Below are positions 1 to 15,453 of a stretch of 64,000 nt of DNA, one piece after another. Every line of letters begins with the position of its first letter. Position 1 is the first letter of the stretch. The notes beneath the pieces were generated by a model. The model saw only the letters and a program-made list of their open reading frames with translations. It searched no databases and was not told the DNA's origin. The DNA is from the human T2T-CHM13v2.0 reference genome, Homo sapiens: the NCBI RefSeq assembly GCF_009914755.1, contig NC_060926.1, one strand, 5' to 3'. Position numbers and translations under genes: made by a program.

Positions 1-489
1 TCTGAAGCCTGGGCTACTAGTTGAGCTCACACCCTCTTAAAGTGGGGGTATAATGCTTTACACTGGAAAATCTCAAATAGCTAAAAGATGTTTTCCTATA
101 ACGCCATCCATCTCTGTACTTTAAGTTGGACTCCTAGAGGTTTCTGAGGCAGTCACAAGTTTAAATTCACCACTGTTTTCATGAATATTTGTGACATTTC
201 TCCCTCATTGTTAACCTCTCTTGGTCCAGTGTATGATGTCCCACTCAGCCTCTGTGCTGAAATAATTCCTCTCCTAGGTTTCTTCCCAGCCCTAGACAAG
301 GAGGAAACAGCACAGAGGGGTTGGGAAGAGTAGTCTAGTTCTGGGCATAAATAGCATCATCTTACTGATTCAAAATATGCATTCCCTTCCACCCCACATG
401 TTGAAGTAAGCTGTCTTTCAAAATGTTCATTTATTAGTCATTTATTTTTTTTTTTTTTTTAAATCAGTTTGGATTCCTTTCTTTTCCAG

Positions 490-626
490 CATTGCCATTT
501 TTGAAAAATACAGTAATTCTTCTGTATCCATTTGCACCTCTGATTCTGCTCTACGGGCTTTCCCTGGCACTGGGATGGAACTTCACCCATACTCTCTGTT
601 CTTTCTATAAGTACAGAGTGAAATAA
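490..626 (+). CDS. UNC50: UNC50 last coding exon: (A)LPFLKNTVILLYPFAPLILLYGLSLALGWNFTHTLCSFYKYRVK*
   Basis: Pyrimidine tract + CAG acceptor (ttcctttcttttccag, ends 489); phase-1 open frame to TAA 624-626; hydrophobic peptide recognised as the UNC50 C-terminus. Below the ORF-track cutoff. Confidence 0.92.
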
Positions 627-815
627 AAAGTGAGAAGAAGATTCAATCGTAACTGTGTCAACAGTATTGTGAAGTGATCATTTCTTGTAAAACTTGTAAA
701 TAAACTATCATCTTTGTAGATATCTTAAAGGTGTAAAGTTTGCAAATTTGAAGAAATATATATTAACACTGTGGTCAGGTACATTCCTTAAAACTAATTA
801 AATGTACATTTCTAT

Positions 816-821
816 AATAAA
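816..821 (+). terminator. UNC50: UNC50 poly(A) signal AATAAA (others at 622-627, 699-704; ATTAAA 797-802)
   Basis: AATAAA with upstream TGTA (803-806) and downstream GT-rich tgtgtgttc (~841). Confidence 0.7.
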
Positions 822-1176
822 TATTTTTTAAACTAAAGCATGTGTGTTCACTCTAATATTTGCAAATGTAAGAGCTACATGTAAAATGCTAATGGCATGG
901 GGAAAACATAAACGTAAAACAATATGAATTATTTTTGAAAGAGTATCATCTAGTTGGAGAACAAGGGAATAATCATACAGCCCCATCGCTCTCCTATTGA
1001 CAAAGATGCATAATCTCCATTTCTAATGAGCTGTATTTTAAATACTTACTTACATAAGCCACAAGATCCCTTCTAACCTTCGGAATCCTCTATAAACCTG
1101 TAGTGTCAGTCAAACGGGAGTCACTGTACTTCAGGCCCTAAGCATCATTAGCAGCATTTTCTACATTAAAAACTTA

Positions 1177-1282
1177 CTTATAGCCCCTAAATATTTTAGA
1201 TCAAAGAGGCCCTTATAGCCCCTAAATATTTTAGATCAAAGAGGCCCTTATAGCCCCTAAATATTTTAGATCAAAGAGGCCC
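1177..1282. repeat. 35-bp minisatellite, 3 perfect copies (cttatagcccctaaatattttagatcaaagaggcc)
   Basis: Identical units start at 1177, 1212 and 1247. Confidence 0.97.
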
Positions 1283-1513
1283 AGGTAGCTACTCTTATTT
1301 TAGGAACTGTATAGTACATATAATAAAGTGAACATCAGCATAATATTGGTCATCACTGTCTTAACAGTAGGGCTTTTTTTTCCCCTTTCTTTAGAGACTT
1401 TACAAAACCCAATAGAGGATCCACTCCTTTTTCTAACTGAAAATGGATAACTAGTATTGTCTCAGTGTTAACAAAGTTAATAATAAAATACTACTCATTA
1501 AGTTTCACCTATT

Positions 1514-1519
1514 TTTATT
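1514..1519 (-). terminator. MGAT4A: Distal poly(A) signal of MGAT4A (AATAAA on - strand)
   Basis: tttatt on + strand; T/GT-rich sequence follows on the - strand; fits recalled long MGAT4A 3'UTR. Confidence 0.65.
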
Positions 1520-3483
1520 AGAAGGAATCTTGAATTCAACATGGCTTTTTAAACTTCTTTATTTCAAATACACATGAACGGTCGTGGCACAGAGAAACAG
1601 TGATGAAGGCACAATCAACAGGACCAGTTACTAGGTTTTCAATTATAGCAGCAAATCTGAAAATAAATAATCTTCCTTTAAAAATCCAACAAGTACCTAA
1701 AATATTACTACGGATAGGAATCATTCAGCCAATGAAGACATTTTAAGGAAAATATATACAATACATTTAAGAAAAAAAAAAATCTGGTACAACCTGGCAA
1801 GGAGATTCCTCAGGCAGCTTCTCTAAGGGATGCTTCCAGAAACATCCCCTAATGCAGACAACCTTTCCAAAGTGTTCTGAATGGGACACTTCAGTTTTTC
1901 CATTCCATAAATGAAACACAATTGTTACACTTTGCTGATTTCTAAATCTTTCTTAGAAAACATTACTGCCTACACTGAAATGAAAAGTATCAAATCTACT
2001 GGCAGTGCATCTTACAGTACTGTCGATAGCAGCCATTTTTAAGGCTCAGAGAATATGTCTTCAAAAGATATTTTCACCAAATTTGAGCAAACACTGAGCA
2101 TTTCAAATAAATAATGGAATGCTAATCAGGCAAAAGTACCAAACCCTTGGTTCCAGGACAGTTTGCTAATTACTAATACAATGAAACAACTAGGAGCAAG
2201 TGACACATAAAATAGCCTCCCTAAAGTCCAAGAGTATTAAAATATTCCCCACAACAAACAATCTTCATTTCAGAACAATTTTAGCACCACTTTTTTTTTT
2301 CCACAATTTTGACTGCAACATTAACAGTGGGAATGTTACTTCGCGCAAAGTGCTTTCCCATCAATGCTCAGTTTACTTTCTTGAATGAGGTCTTCTAAAT
2401 TCTCAGCTCAGATGCACCCTGGAGTGCCAGCTTGCTCCTTCCTGTTTGTTCCTTTGAAAATGATCTAGTTAGTGCCCAAACCGGGTGAAGGAGTGTTTCA
2501 GGTAAGAAGAAGAGTTTATATATAGGTGTTGATACAGATATGTATAACAAAATCCTCAGTTTGGTTGGGTCTTTAAAAAATACCTTTTTAGCATTGTATG
2601 ATCACATGCATTAAAGAAAGTAAGCATACTAGTTATCGTAGCATATAAGATTCATAATTTAAAATGCACAACTACCAAAGTCAAACAAAATTTTACACAC
2701 TATAAATACTGCAACATAACTTGGAAAAGTTCCTTTTCTATAAAGGGATTGGACTGGATAAAGTTCCCTTAAAACACTAAGGTATGGTTATGACTCACAT
2801 TTCTCATCTTCTGACAGTCTTAACCTCTCATTTTCTCTCTTTTAGTTCTACTTGTCTCGTATCAAGGACATGGCAATACAGTAAAAATAAGCAGAAAAAT
2901 TAATGGACAAACCAAAATAAAACTTCATTAGCTATTAATGGCTTGGAAGCAGAGAGGTATTTGCAAAACATTCTCAAACTACAAACATTTGGCTGGCCCA
3001 TACAGGATTTGATCTGTGCTAGATGATAAAAAGAGAAACTAAGTTTTGGTTAAAAAAAATTAAATCCCTCGATACACAGATTATCTGATCTCTACAAGGC
3101 AAAGGTTATTTTTGCTCTTAATGTATCTAAAATACCACTGTTAATCATTCTTGAATTTACTTCTGACAGGCTCAGAGCAGTCTAAATCAGTATAAAGTAA
3201 CACCTCTTCTAGAAATAAAAAAGATCCCTTACACACTGTTTCAGTCCTATTCCTATAGTCTCATTCTAGCAGTTCCTTTACCAAACGCTACTCAGTAAGA
3301 TGCTGCAACTTTGCCAACAAACGTCCAATGAAGACTAATTGAGATCTCTGGCGAGAACATCCCCAACGAGGTCCAGGTACATGACTTGCTACTAAAGACT
3401 TTATTCATGCATTTACCAAGAAATATCCAGCATACTACAGGGAATCAAGTATGAAGATTTCCTCTTTACCTCTTTTAAAATAC

Positions 3484-4074
3484 TGTATTCATTTCCTATT
3501 CCTACATAACAAATTGCCACAAATTTAGCAGCTTAAAACACCACTGATTTATTATCTCATAGTTCTGTAGGTCAGAAGTCCAAGCAGGCTTAAGTGAGTT
3601 CTCGGCTTAGGGTCTCACAAGGCTGGATTCAAAGTGTTGGCCAGGCTGGGTCTTATCTGGAGACTGGAGATGAATGCCTTTCCAAGCCTATGAATGAGCT
3701 TATGGGCTGAATTCAGTTCCTGTGGCTGTAGGACTGCAGTTCCCAGCTCCTTTGCTGTTAGCCAAGGCCTCTCTCAGCTCCTCAAAGCCATGTGCATTCC
3801 TTCTCATGCAGCCCCCTCTACCTTAAAACAGCAATGGTGCCTGAGGTCCTTCTGCTTTGTCTCTTGACTTCTGCCACCAGCCCGAGAAAACTCTCTGCTT
3901 TTAAAGGAGTCACAAGATTTGATTAGCCACCCCCAGACAGTCTTCCTTTTGCTACATAACATGATATAATCATGGATCAAACAGGTTCCACCCATGCTCA
4001 AAGTGGGAGGATATTATACAAGGTCATTGGTGGGGGTGTCAGTAGGGGTCATTCTTAGAAATTTGCCTACCACA
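3484..4074 (-). mobile_element. MLT1 (ERVL-MaLR) solo LTR
   Basis: TG...CA ends (- strand tgtggtaggcaaatttctaag...aatgaataca); 5-bp TSD aatac/aatat; LTR AATAAA at 3548-3553. Confidence 0.85.
3823..3897 (-). CDS. MGAT4A: Alternative MGAT4A terminal coding exon QRVFSGWWQKSRDKAEGPQAPLLF* inside the MLT1 LTR
   Basis: AAG/CAG tandem acceptor at 3900-3895 with upstream ctaat branch-like motif; phase 0 matches the donor after 8115; TAA at 3823-3825; consistent with a recalled shorter annotated isoform. Confidence 0.6.
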   Translation of the reverse strand, partial: QRVFSGWWQKSRDKAEGPQAPLLF

Positions 4075-4643
4075 AATATACACTGTTATTCACTAGAATA
4101 ATCTCTCCAAACGTGCTGTTTCCACATAACCAGTCTTTTCTTTGAGGGACAGCACTGTTGGGAGACAACCTCTTTTTCATTATTATGATAGATTTTTTAA
4201 AGGCCTTCATAATTTTGCTTATAGTTTTAAAAATAACAACACCTTCTAATTATTGACTAGTGCAACCACTGATTTGAGAAGATACACACTTTGTTCAAGG
4301 GTATTCAACCATCTCCAATTGTTGAACAAATACACACATACGTATCTACAGCCTATGTGCTAAATAATCCTTTGTGTTAACTTTTTCCAAAGCTTTTCAA
4401 TCACACTGTCTGTTCTGACTACACAGTATGGTACAGCGCGTGATGTGGAGAATGCATGAGACTAAGATAAAGAACTTAAGAAATCTTACATCTTAGAATC
4501 CTAGAAATGGGTCCTCAGCTTTCTCTTCTCACCCAAAATATTCATCATCATTTGCATTATGTTCTATTCCCATGTCTGCTTTTAACCTCATGAGAATGTA
4601 TTAATTGTGGTTTCTAAGCTGTTCATAATTAGCACTCTGGACA

Positions 4644-4830
4644 CAGTACTGTTCAACAGAGCTTTCTGCAGTGATGGAAAAGTTCTGCATCCGTGGTGTC
4701 AAGTGTGGTGGCCACTAGCTCCACATGGCCACTGAGTACTTGGAATGTCACTAGTGTGTGTGATGGCAGAACCGGGTAAAAAAATGTTTTTATTTAAACA
4801 GCCCCCATGTGTCTACTGGCTATATGTGTT
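4644..4830. mobile_element. MER3-like hAT-Charlie MITE
   Basis: ctttctgcagtgatggaaaagttct...gtggccactagc...cacatggccactgagtacttggaatgt motif string. Confidence 0.7.
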
Positions 4831-5263
4831 TTTAAAACTAGTCCCAACCTTTGACACTTTTTCCATTTACTATTTTGGTAAAATGATTCGGCGCCCTCTC
4901 AAGGCAAAGTATTTACCTTCTTCCAGTTCCAGGGACTCTTCCCCTCCCTTAATCTTCTGCCCTCACACTGCTCTTAAGGGCGACCACTACAATTTCCTGC
5001 TTGGGGAAAGGATGGCTGCTTCTACTAGTTGAGTGCAGAACTGGGCAGAAAGGAGGGAGTAACTAACAGTGAGAGGCCCTGAGCACCCACCACAGGAGAG
5101 GACAGATGAGCAGTATGAGCTGCAGGCTCGCCTCAGGAACCTGAAATCTGGTCAGAGAGACAGCACACACCATACACACAAACAATCAAAAACTAGATAA
5201 CCGATTGTGTATGCAAGAGTATGGCAACGACAGCAGGGAGAGGGAGTTAAGAGAGAGAAAGGG

Positions 5264-5432
5264 GGCTGGACATGGTGGCACACACCTATAATCCCAGCAC
5301 TTTGGGAGGCTGAGGCAGGAGGATTGCTTGAGGCCAGAGATCGAGGCTGCAGTGAGCTATGAGAGCACCACTGCACTCCAGCCTGGGCAACAAAGCGAGA
5401 CCCTGTCTCAAAAATAATACAAAATAATAAAA
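5264..5432 (+). mobile_element. FRAM-like Alu monomer
   Basis: Single right-arm-type monomer with A-rich tail. Confidence 0.8.
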
Positions 5433-6225
5433 AGAGAAAGAGGAGGGCAGGCTGGAATAATTGGTCTCACATCCAGATGCTGACTGGCCACCTGCCACGT
5501 GCCTGGCACACACCCTAGGCACGGGTAGATTCATGGGGAGAGAAGCACAAAAAAGTCCTGGAATGATAGGAAAGATTTGGCTAAAAGGAGTCTTGGGAAC
5601 AAGAATGAGTTTCTTGGGAACAACAGGTGGACCAATGCTGGGAGGGCAAACTGCATGAAAACAGGAAAAAGCTAGCCAGGCAGGCTGTCTTTAAAGAAGT
5701 TGTAACAAATCACACCAGGTGCTGCAATAACTTTCTCCTCCCTAGATTTTCAGAGCATGGTCTTTCTTCATGAAACCAGAGTTGGCAACTGAGGAACCAG
5801 GGACCCAAGAGTACTCCTAAGCCCACCTGCAGAGATTTTTACTTCTGGTACTCAGTTATTTTTGCAGTAATTTAGTATACCAAGCTGGTGCCAAAATTTT
5901 ATGACAAAAGGTTATTCCTGTTTTTGAATGAAATTTGCTCATGGGCACTGGGCCAAGGAAATTTGAGAAGAAAAAAATTCAAGAAAGTGAAAAGTAAATT
6001 TAAAACATCCTAATAAAAAAATTTCAACTGGCCTTTAACTGACATAAAAATCATTTTTGGCAATGTGATTGACTTTTCAATCAAGAAAAGTAACTAAAAA
6101 TTATAACAACATGGAGTGATGGAAATAATTGTACTGTATCAGTGTTTCCAAACGTTTGCACTTTGTAACACTGCACAGGAAATGATGCTATTTCATGCTG
6201 TTGGTTCAGCACATTGGGTAACTAG

Positions 6226-6701
<476 letters not shown>

Positions 6702-7957
6702 TGATAATTCATCATTTTTTAAAAGTACTTTTATAAAGATCACTGATTGCTGAGACCGGTAATATTCTTTGTTTATAGTAGTAATATCATTTGGAATAGC
6801 GTGTTTAAGAGTAATAAATACAGTCTCTTGGACACGGGACTCACTTATCAGTTCATACTACAATAAAATCATTTTGGAAAATATACTACTAATAATATAT
6901 TTCACCAAAAAACAATATTACAATTTTCTTTAAAATTATACCAATTATGACTCATACAATAGCAACACCTAGAAAACATTTTGTCTGACGTCATAAAATG
7001 AGTGCAGATATAAAAGAATCAACAGCAGATAATGCACCTAATTCATGGATTAAAGACAAAGATTAAAAAGGAAAGAAGAGTTTGTCATTTTACATATCAG
7101 AGGAAATATAATAAGTTAAGTCTACAATAATCTGGGTTGAATGCATCACACTTACACATTGAAAATTTATCAGACTGACTTTCTGTGGCTATACACCATA
7201 CACAGTATAGTAAAGTAACCCTCAGGAAGGACATTAGTCTTTAAAATCTTGGCTTTAAGGAATGACAAATGTCTTTGAAAATATTTTGTTCAGTCACTGT
7301 GATTATAAAAGTACTTCAATTAAGAAATCCATCTATAATCAATCTTAAATGGCAGTGCATTTGAAAAATGGCATTGGTTTGTAATGTTTGCATTTCCAAA
7401 GAAAAATATAGAAAGAACTTAAAAAAGCAAGGAAACTGGTTTTCAAAAAAAGTATCGATTCAAAAATCTACTGCACAAAAATATGTACTTCTTAAGTGTT
7501 TCTAATAAATTAATTCCATAACATTTTTATGTATATTTATATATTTATATATATAATCCCTGATAATCTATAAAAGAGGGTCTATAATAGTAAAATAAGT
7601 GAACCTCAAAAGTACCCCCTTCATAAAATGTATGTAACATTAGTTTTTCTCAAATTTAAAGAATGTAACAATATGTACAACTCTTATGTATTAGTATAAT
7701 ACCAAAATAGTACAAGTCATATTAACAGGCTGTCATAATTGAAAAATGTTTGAGTCAAGTTAAAATCTGAGGACAGCTTAGTTTCAAACAAATACAATTA
7801 TTATGGGAGATTCACTTTCCAAGTGGAAATGACAATCGTCTTATCTACAGTAGACTTCACAAGAGGTAGTGTTCAAGTAGAAATAAAAAAAAGATACATG
7901 CTTAACTATCTTTAATTAACAAATTCACAGGAAAAAATGTGTTGGTTTCTCAGATGA

Positions 7958-7984
7958 TCAGTTGGTGGCTTTTTTAATATGAAT
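7958..7984 (-). CDS. MGAT4A: MGAT4A last coding exon (probable exon 16): IHIKKATN*
   Basis: tttcag acceptor; TGA at 7960-7958. Confidence 0.95.
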   Translation of the reverse strand: MHIKKATN

Positions 7985-8114
7985 CTGAAATACAAAATCA
8001 TAAAAGGTATGATAAAGCTGTTAATTCTCAATTCCAAAAAGGCCTTAAATACAAAATAAAAACATAATAAAAATGTAGTTTCTAAGTTGTTTCACTGATT
8101 TGATATATGCTTAC

Positions 8115-8227
8115 CTCATTAAGAATGGCCCAAACAGCAGAATTCTGAATAACTGAAAGTCGAAAGGCTGAAATGGGATTGAGACTTGGATCCACCATTC
8201 CTTCTGCAACACCATTCTCAAATTTTC
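8115..8227 (-). CDS. MGAT4A: MGAT4A exon (probable 15): [38 protein letters not shown]
   Basis: ttttgaag acceptor, GAG|gtaagc donor; 113 nt. Confidence 0.96.
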
Positions 8228-8932
8228 CTTCAAAATAAAAATCAATACTTGTTGGATACACCGAGATAAGCAAACATAAAATATCACTGAGTTAAGGCAG
8301 GAAAGGAATACACCAAAATATTTCTAGTAGATGTCTTTTGACAGGGCACAGGTAATTTCTTTCCCCCTTCTTTCTACTTTCATTCAGCTTTTATATTTTT
8401 CATGAAGAAGTGCATATTTAAAAACTTCACAATTTACTTAATTAGGCAGAGCTATAATTTTTCTCACTACAAATTAAAAAACAAAAATATATTTGTTCTT
8501 ATATCAACAATGTTTTAAACTATAGGTTTTTTGTAAATTGTGATTTACCTAAATCTTACCAAAATATAATCTGTACCATCACGCAGTCTGATTGCTTTGA
8601 ATGTTAAGTCAATAACAAATTTTGATTTGTTAATTAAATACGCACACAGTTGTTCACCTTGAGCAGGGACTCAATACAAGTGTATTCTTTCCAAAGGCAC
8701 ATTTAGAAGGAATTAAGAAATAATGCCTCCTCTACACAGTTCAATATAAAACTCCACTATAATGACAAGCTAAAACAGGCTCTCCTATAAAAATAAGGAC
8801 CAAGAACCATAAAAGGTAACATGCTGTGTACCACTTTTCTTGCTATCAGGAATAACATCCATCTTAAAACCAAAAAATGTCGTCAGAAAAGTGACAAGAA
8901 AATGGTTCATTGTGGGCCAAATTTCTTTAAGC

Positions 8933-11579
<2,647 letters not shown>

Positions 11580-11939
11580 CTGTTACATTATGCAATCCAT
11601 TGTCCAGTCTCACAGCATAGTTAATAGATTAATAATAAAATAAGGTACATTCAGATTGAAAACCACAGCAGAGCAGGCTTGTACTAATTTATATTGTAAA
11701 TGTTGAACCTATGAGCCTCCAAAGTAATGCTTTTATTCAAAAATTATTAATAAACTTATTTCATAGAAGTTTGTCCATACTTGGTGCTGGACTTGGGTAG
11801 CAGGTAGGTGCTACCAAAAATTATTATTGAATATTGAATTAGGCAGGGGATTCAGATCTTAAAAATATTGCAAAACTTGGAACATTTTAACCAATGTGAC
11901 ATTGAATACTGTCACCTGATGAGCTCATTTCATTAGAAA

Positions 11940-13250
11940 AATAATTACCAAATGATAAGTAGTTCATCAAAACACTCTTGCCCAGCAATTTATCCTCTCC
12001 CATGTATAAGAACAGTACATACACTACCGCAAAAGATTGCAAACAACCTAAGTATCCATCACTAGGAGCCTGGCCAAATAAATTACAATATGCTGATACA
12101 AGGGAATTTTAGGCAGCCAATTTCTTCAGTCGAAGAAAAAATAAAAAAGAATAAGCCAGCCACAGTCGCTCACACCTGTAATTCTGGCACTTTGGGAGGC
12201 TGAGGCAGGCAGATCACCTGAGGTCAGGAGTTCGAGACCAGCCTAGCCAACATGGTGAAACCCCGTCTCTACTAAAAATACAAAAATTAAGCCAGGCATG
12301 GTGGCCTGCGCCTGTAATCCCAGCTAATTGGGAGGCTGAGGCAGAGAGAAATGCTTGAACCCAGGAGGCGGAGGATGCAGTGAGTCAAGATTGTGCCACT
12401 GCACTCTACCCTGGGCGACAGAGCAAGACTCCATCTATAAATAAATAAATAAATCAAATAATGAAGAAAAAGTTGAAGATAATGCAGCTGAAGATTTGCT
12501 TCTCTTCCTAAGTCTATATTGTAGAGAAACTCTCATACATGTGCACAAGTGTTCAAAGCAGCCATGTTTATTACAGCAAAAACATGTACACAAACTTTAT
12601 GACCAGAGAACAGATCGTGCTGTCCACAGAATCCATCCATAGAGGAGTGAAAAAGAATGAGTCGTAAACACACACACTCACGTGGATGAATCTCACAATT
12701 GTGAGGGGGAAGAAACCAAACTGTAGACCACAGAAAGATATTTATATCAAACGTGAAAACAGGCAAAATCCCACTGTGCATTGCTTAGGAATATATTCCA
12801 TACATAGTAAAAACGGAAATGGTAACCATAAAATTCAGGTGTTGAAGGAGAAGAGAAGCTATTAGGGTATAGCTTTGGGGAGAAGGGGAAGAGAAGAGAA
12901 GCTATTAGGGACGGACAGCTGAATTGGCACATCTTAAGCTGGAGGGTGGATACAGGTACTCAGCATATTATTATTATTAAAATATTTTTAAATGTTCATG
13001 TTCCATACGTACATAGGCATTTTGTTCCATGAAAAAAAGAGATGTAAAACTGGATTATAGGGCGTATCATTTGTGTGTGATGATGTGTTGTTCTTAGAGA
13101 ACATACCCAGATATTGTTATTTATGCATACAATACTCCCGAAGGGACACAAATCATTACGGGAACTGCCTCTCAGAAGCAGTGGGTAGGAGAAGAAAAGG
13201 GAAGAAGACTTAAGACTACCCTTTTAAATTTGTATTTGGTACTGTGTGTG
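11940..13250 (+). mobile_element. Old L1M(E) 3' fragments
   Basis: aaacaacctaagtatccatc, ggatgaatctcacaa, gtgaaaacaggcaaaa motifs typical of L1ME 3' ends. Confidence 0.55.
12155..12459 (+). mobile_element. AluS-like
   Basis: Full dimer, (taaa)n tail. Confidence 0.9.
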
Positions 13251-13705
13251 TGTAATGACTTTTCAAACTACAAACTTAACCTTTGTCCTTAACCCAATGG
13301 TCTGGAAGGTAAGTATTAAGACAGGAAAGAAGAGAAAAAGTGAAGGAAATTACCAGAGTGACTGGAACCCCACACTCCTGGCATTGACAGGGATGGCCAA
13401 GGGCTACAGCCGTGGCTCCCCTCCGCCCGCCATGCCCGACCAGTGGCCCTTTCCTTCTCCCACTGGGTCTCTGCAGAAGGTTCTTCTGCCGTCTCGCAGC
13501 TTTAACCCACTGAAATAGAACTAGTATTTCTTCCACAAGACCATTCTTAGCTATCACGCTCTACTCTTCTAACCCCCACGCCATCAACCCTCGGGTCTCC
13601 ACTGATGGCCAGCTGATGGTCTACTGTTCTTGCCAATGCCTTCACGCGTAAGTTGCTACCCAGTCTGATCCCATTTAAATTCAGGCCCCTCTCCAGGGCC
13701 AGTCT

Positions 13706-14793
<1,088 letters not shown>

Positions 14794-15151
14794 ACAGCAG
14801 CTTGTTTGCACGCCAAGAGGGCTCTTACTAGCATCTCTTTCCCTAGTTCTCCCTGTTAAACTTTCCACTGGGATCCAAATTTGCTTGTCTGTAGCTAACA
14901 TCTCTAATTGCTTAACACTAAAATTTCCATTGTATTCCACAGCACCCTTAGGCTGAACTTCCCCACATTCTGGTTCAAGTAAGTCATCTCCTCTTTAGGG
15001 AGAACTACAGAGCTCTCTGTTCTTCTGGCCTGCCTCTCCATTGGGCACAATCTCTGCACCACTGCTCTGGGTCCTTGGCAAGGACAGCAGCCCCTTCTCT
15101 TGGAGTGACACCTTGCTTTAGGATCAGAGCACTGGTCATGGCAGTAGCCCT

Positions 15152-15453
15152 TGGTTTTTGTCTTGTTTTGTTTTGTTTGAGACAGAGTGGCCCAGGCTGG
15201 AATGCAATGGTGCAATCTTGGCTCACTGCAACCTCCACCTCCTGCGTTGGGTTCAAGCAATTCTCCAGCCTCAGCCTACTAAGTAGCTGGAACTACAGGC
15301 ATGCACCACCACACCTGGCTAATTTTTGTATTTTTACTAGAGATAGGGTTTCACCATGTTGGCCAGGCTAGTCTTGAACTCTTGAGCTGGTGATCTGCCT
15401 ACCTTGGCCTCCCAAAGTGCTGAGATTACAGGCGTGAGCCACTGCGCCCAGCC
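15152..15453 (-). mobile_element. AluS-like
   Basis: Dimer with (ttttg)n tail; flanking ccttggtttt repeats. Confidence 0.9.

Noticed and set aside
1177-1282. CRISPR-like 35-bp repeats
   Set aside because: Head-to-tail with no spacers, no cas genes, mammalian context; it is a minisatellite.
2498-2506. + strand donor CAG|gtaaga, a possible UNC50 read-through exon
   Set aside because: No clear acceptor or frame; single motif only.
12848-12910. 20-bp direct repeat gagaagagaagctattaggg
   Set aside because: Ordinary small duplication in a purine-rich old L1 fragment.
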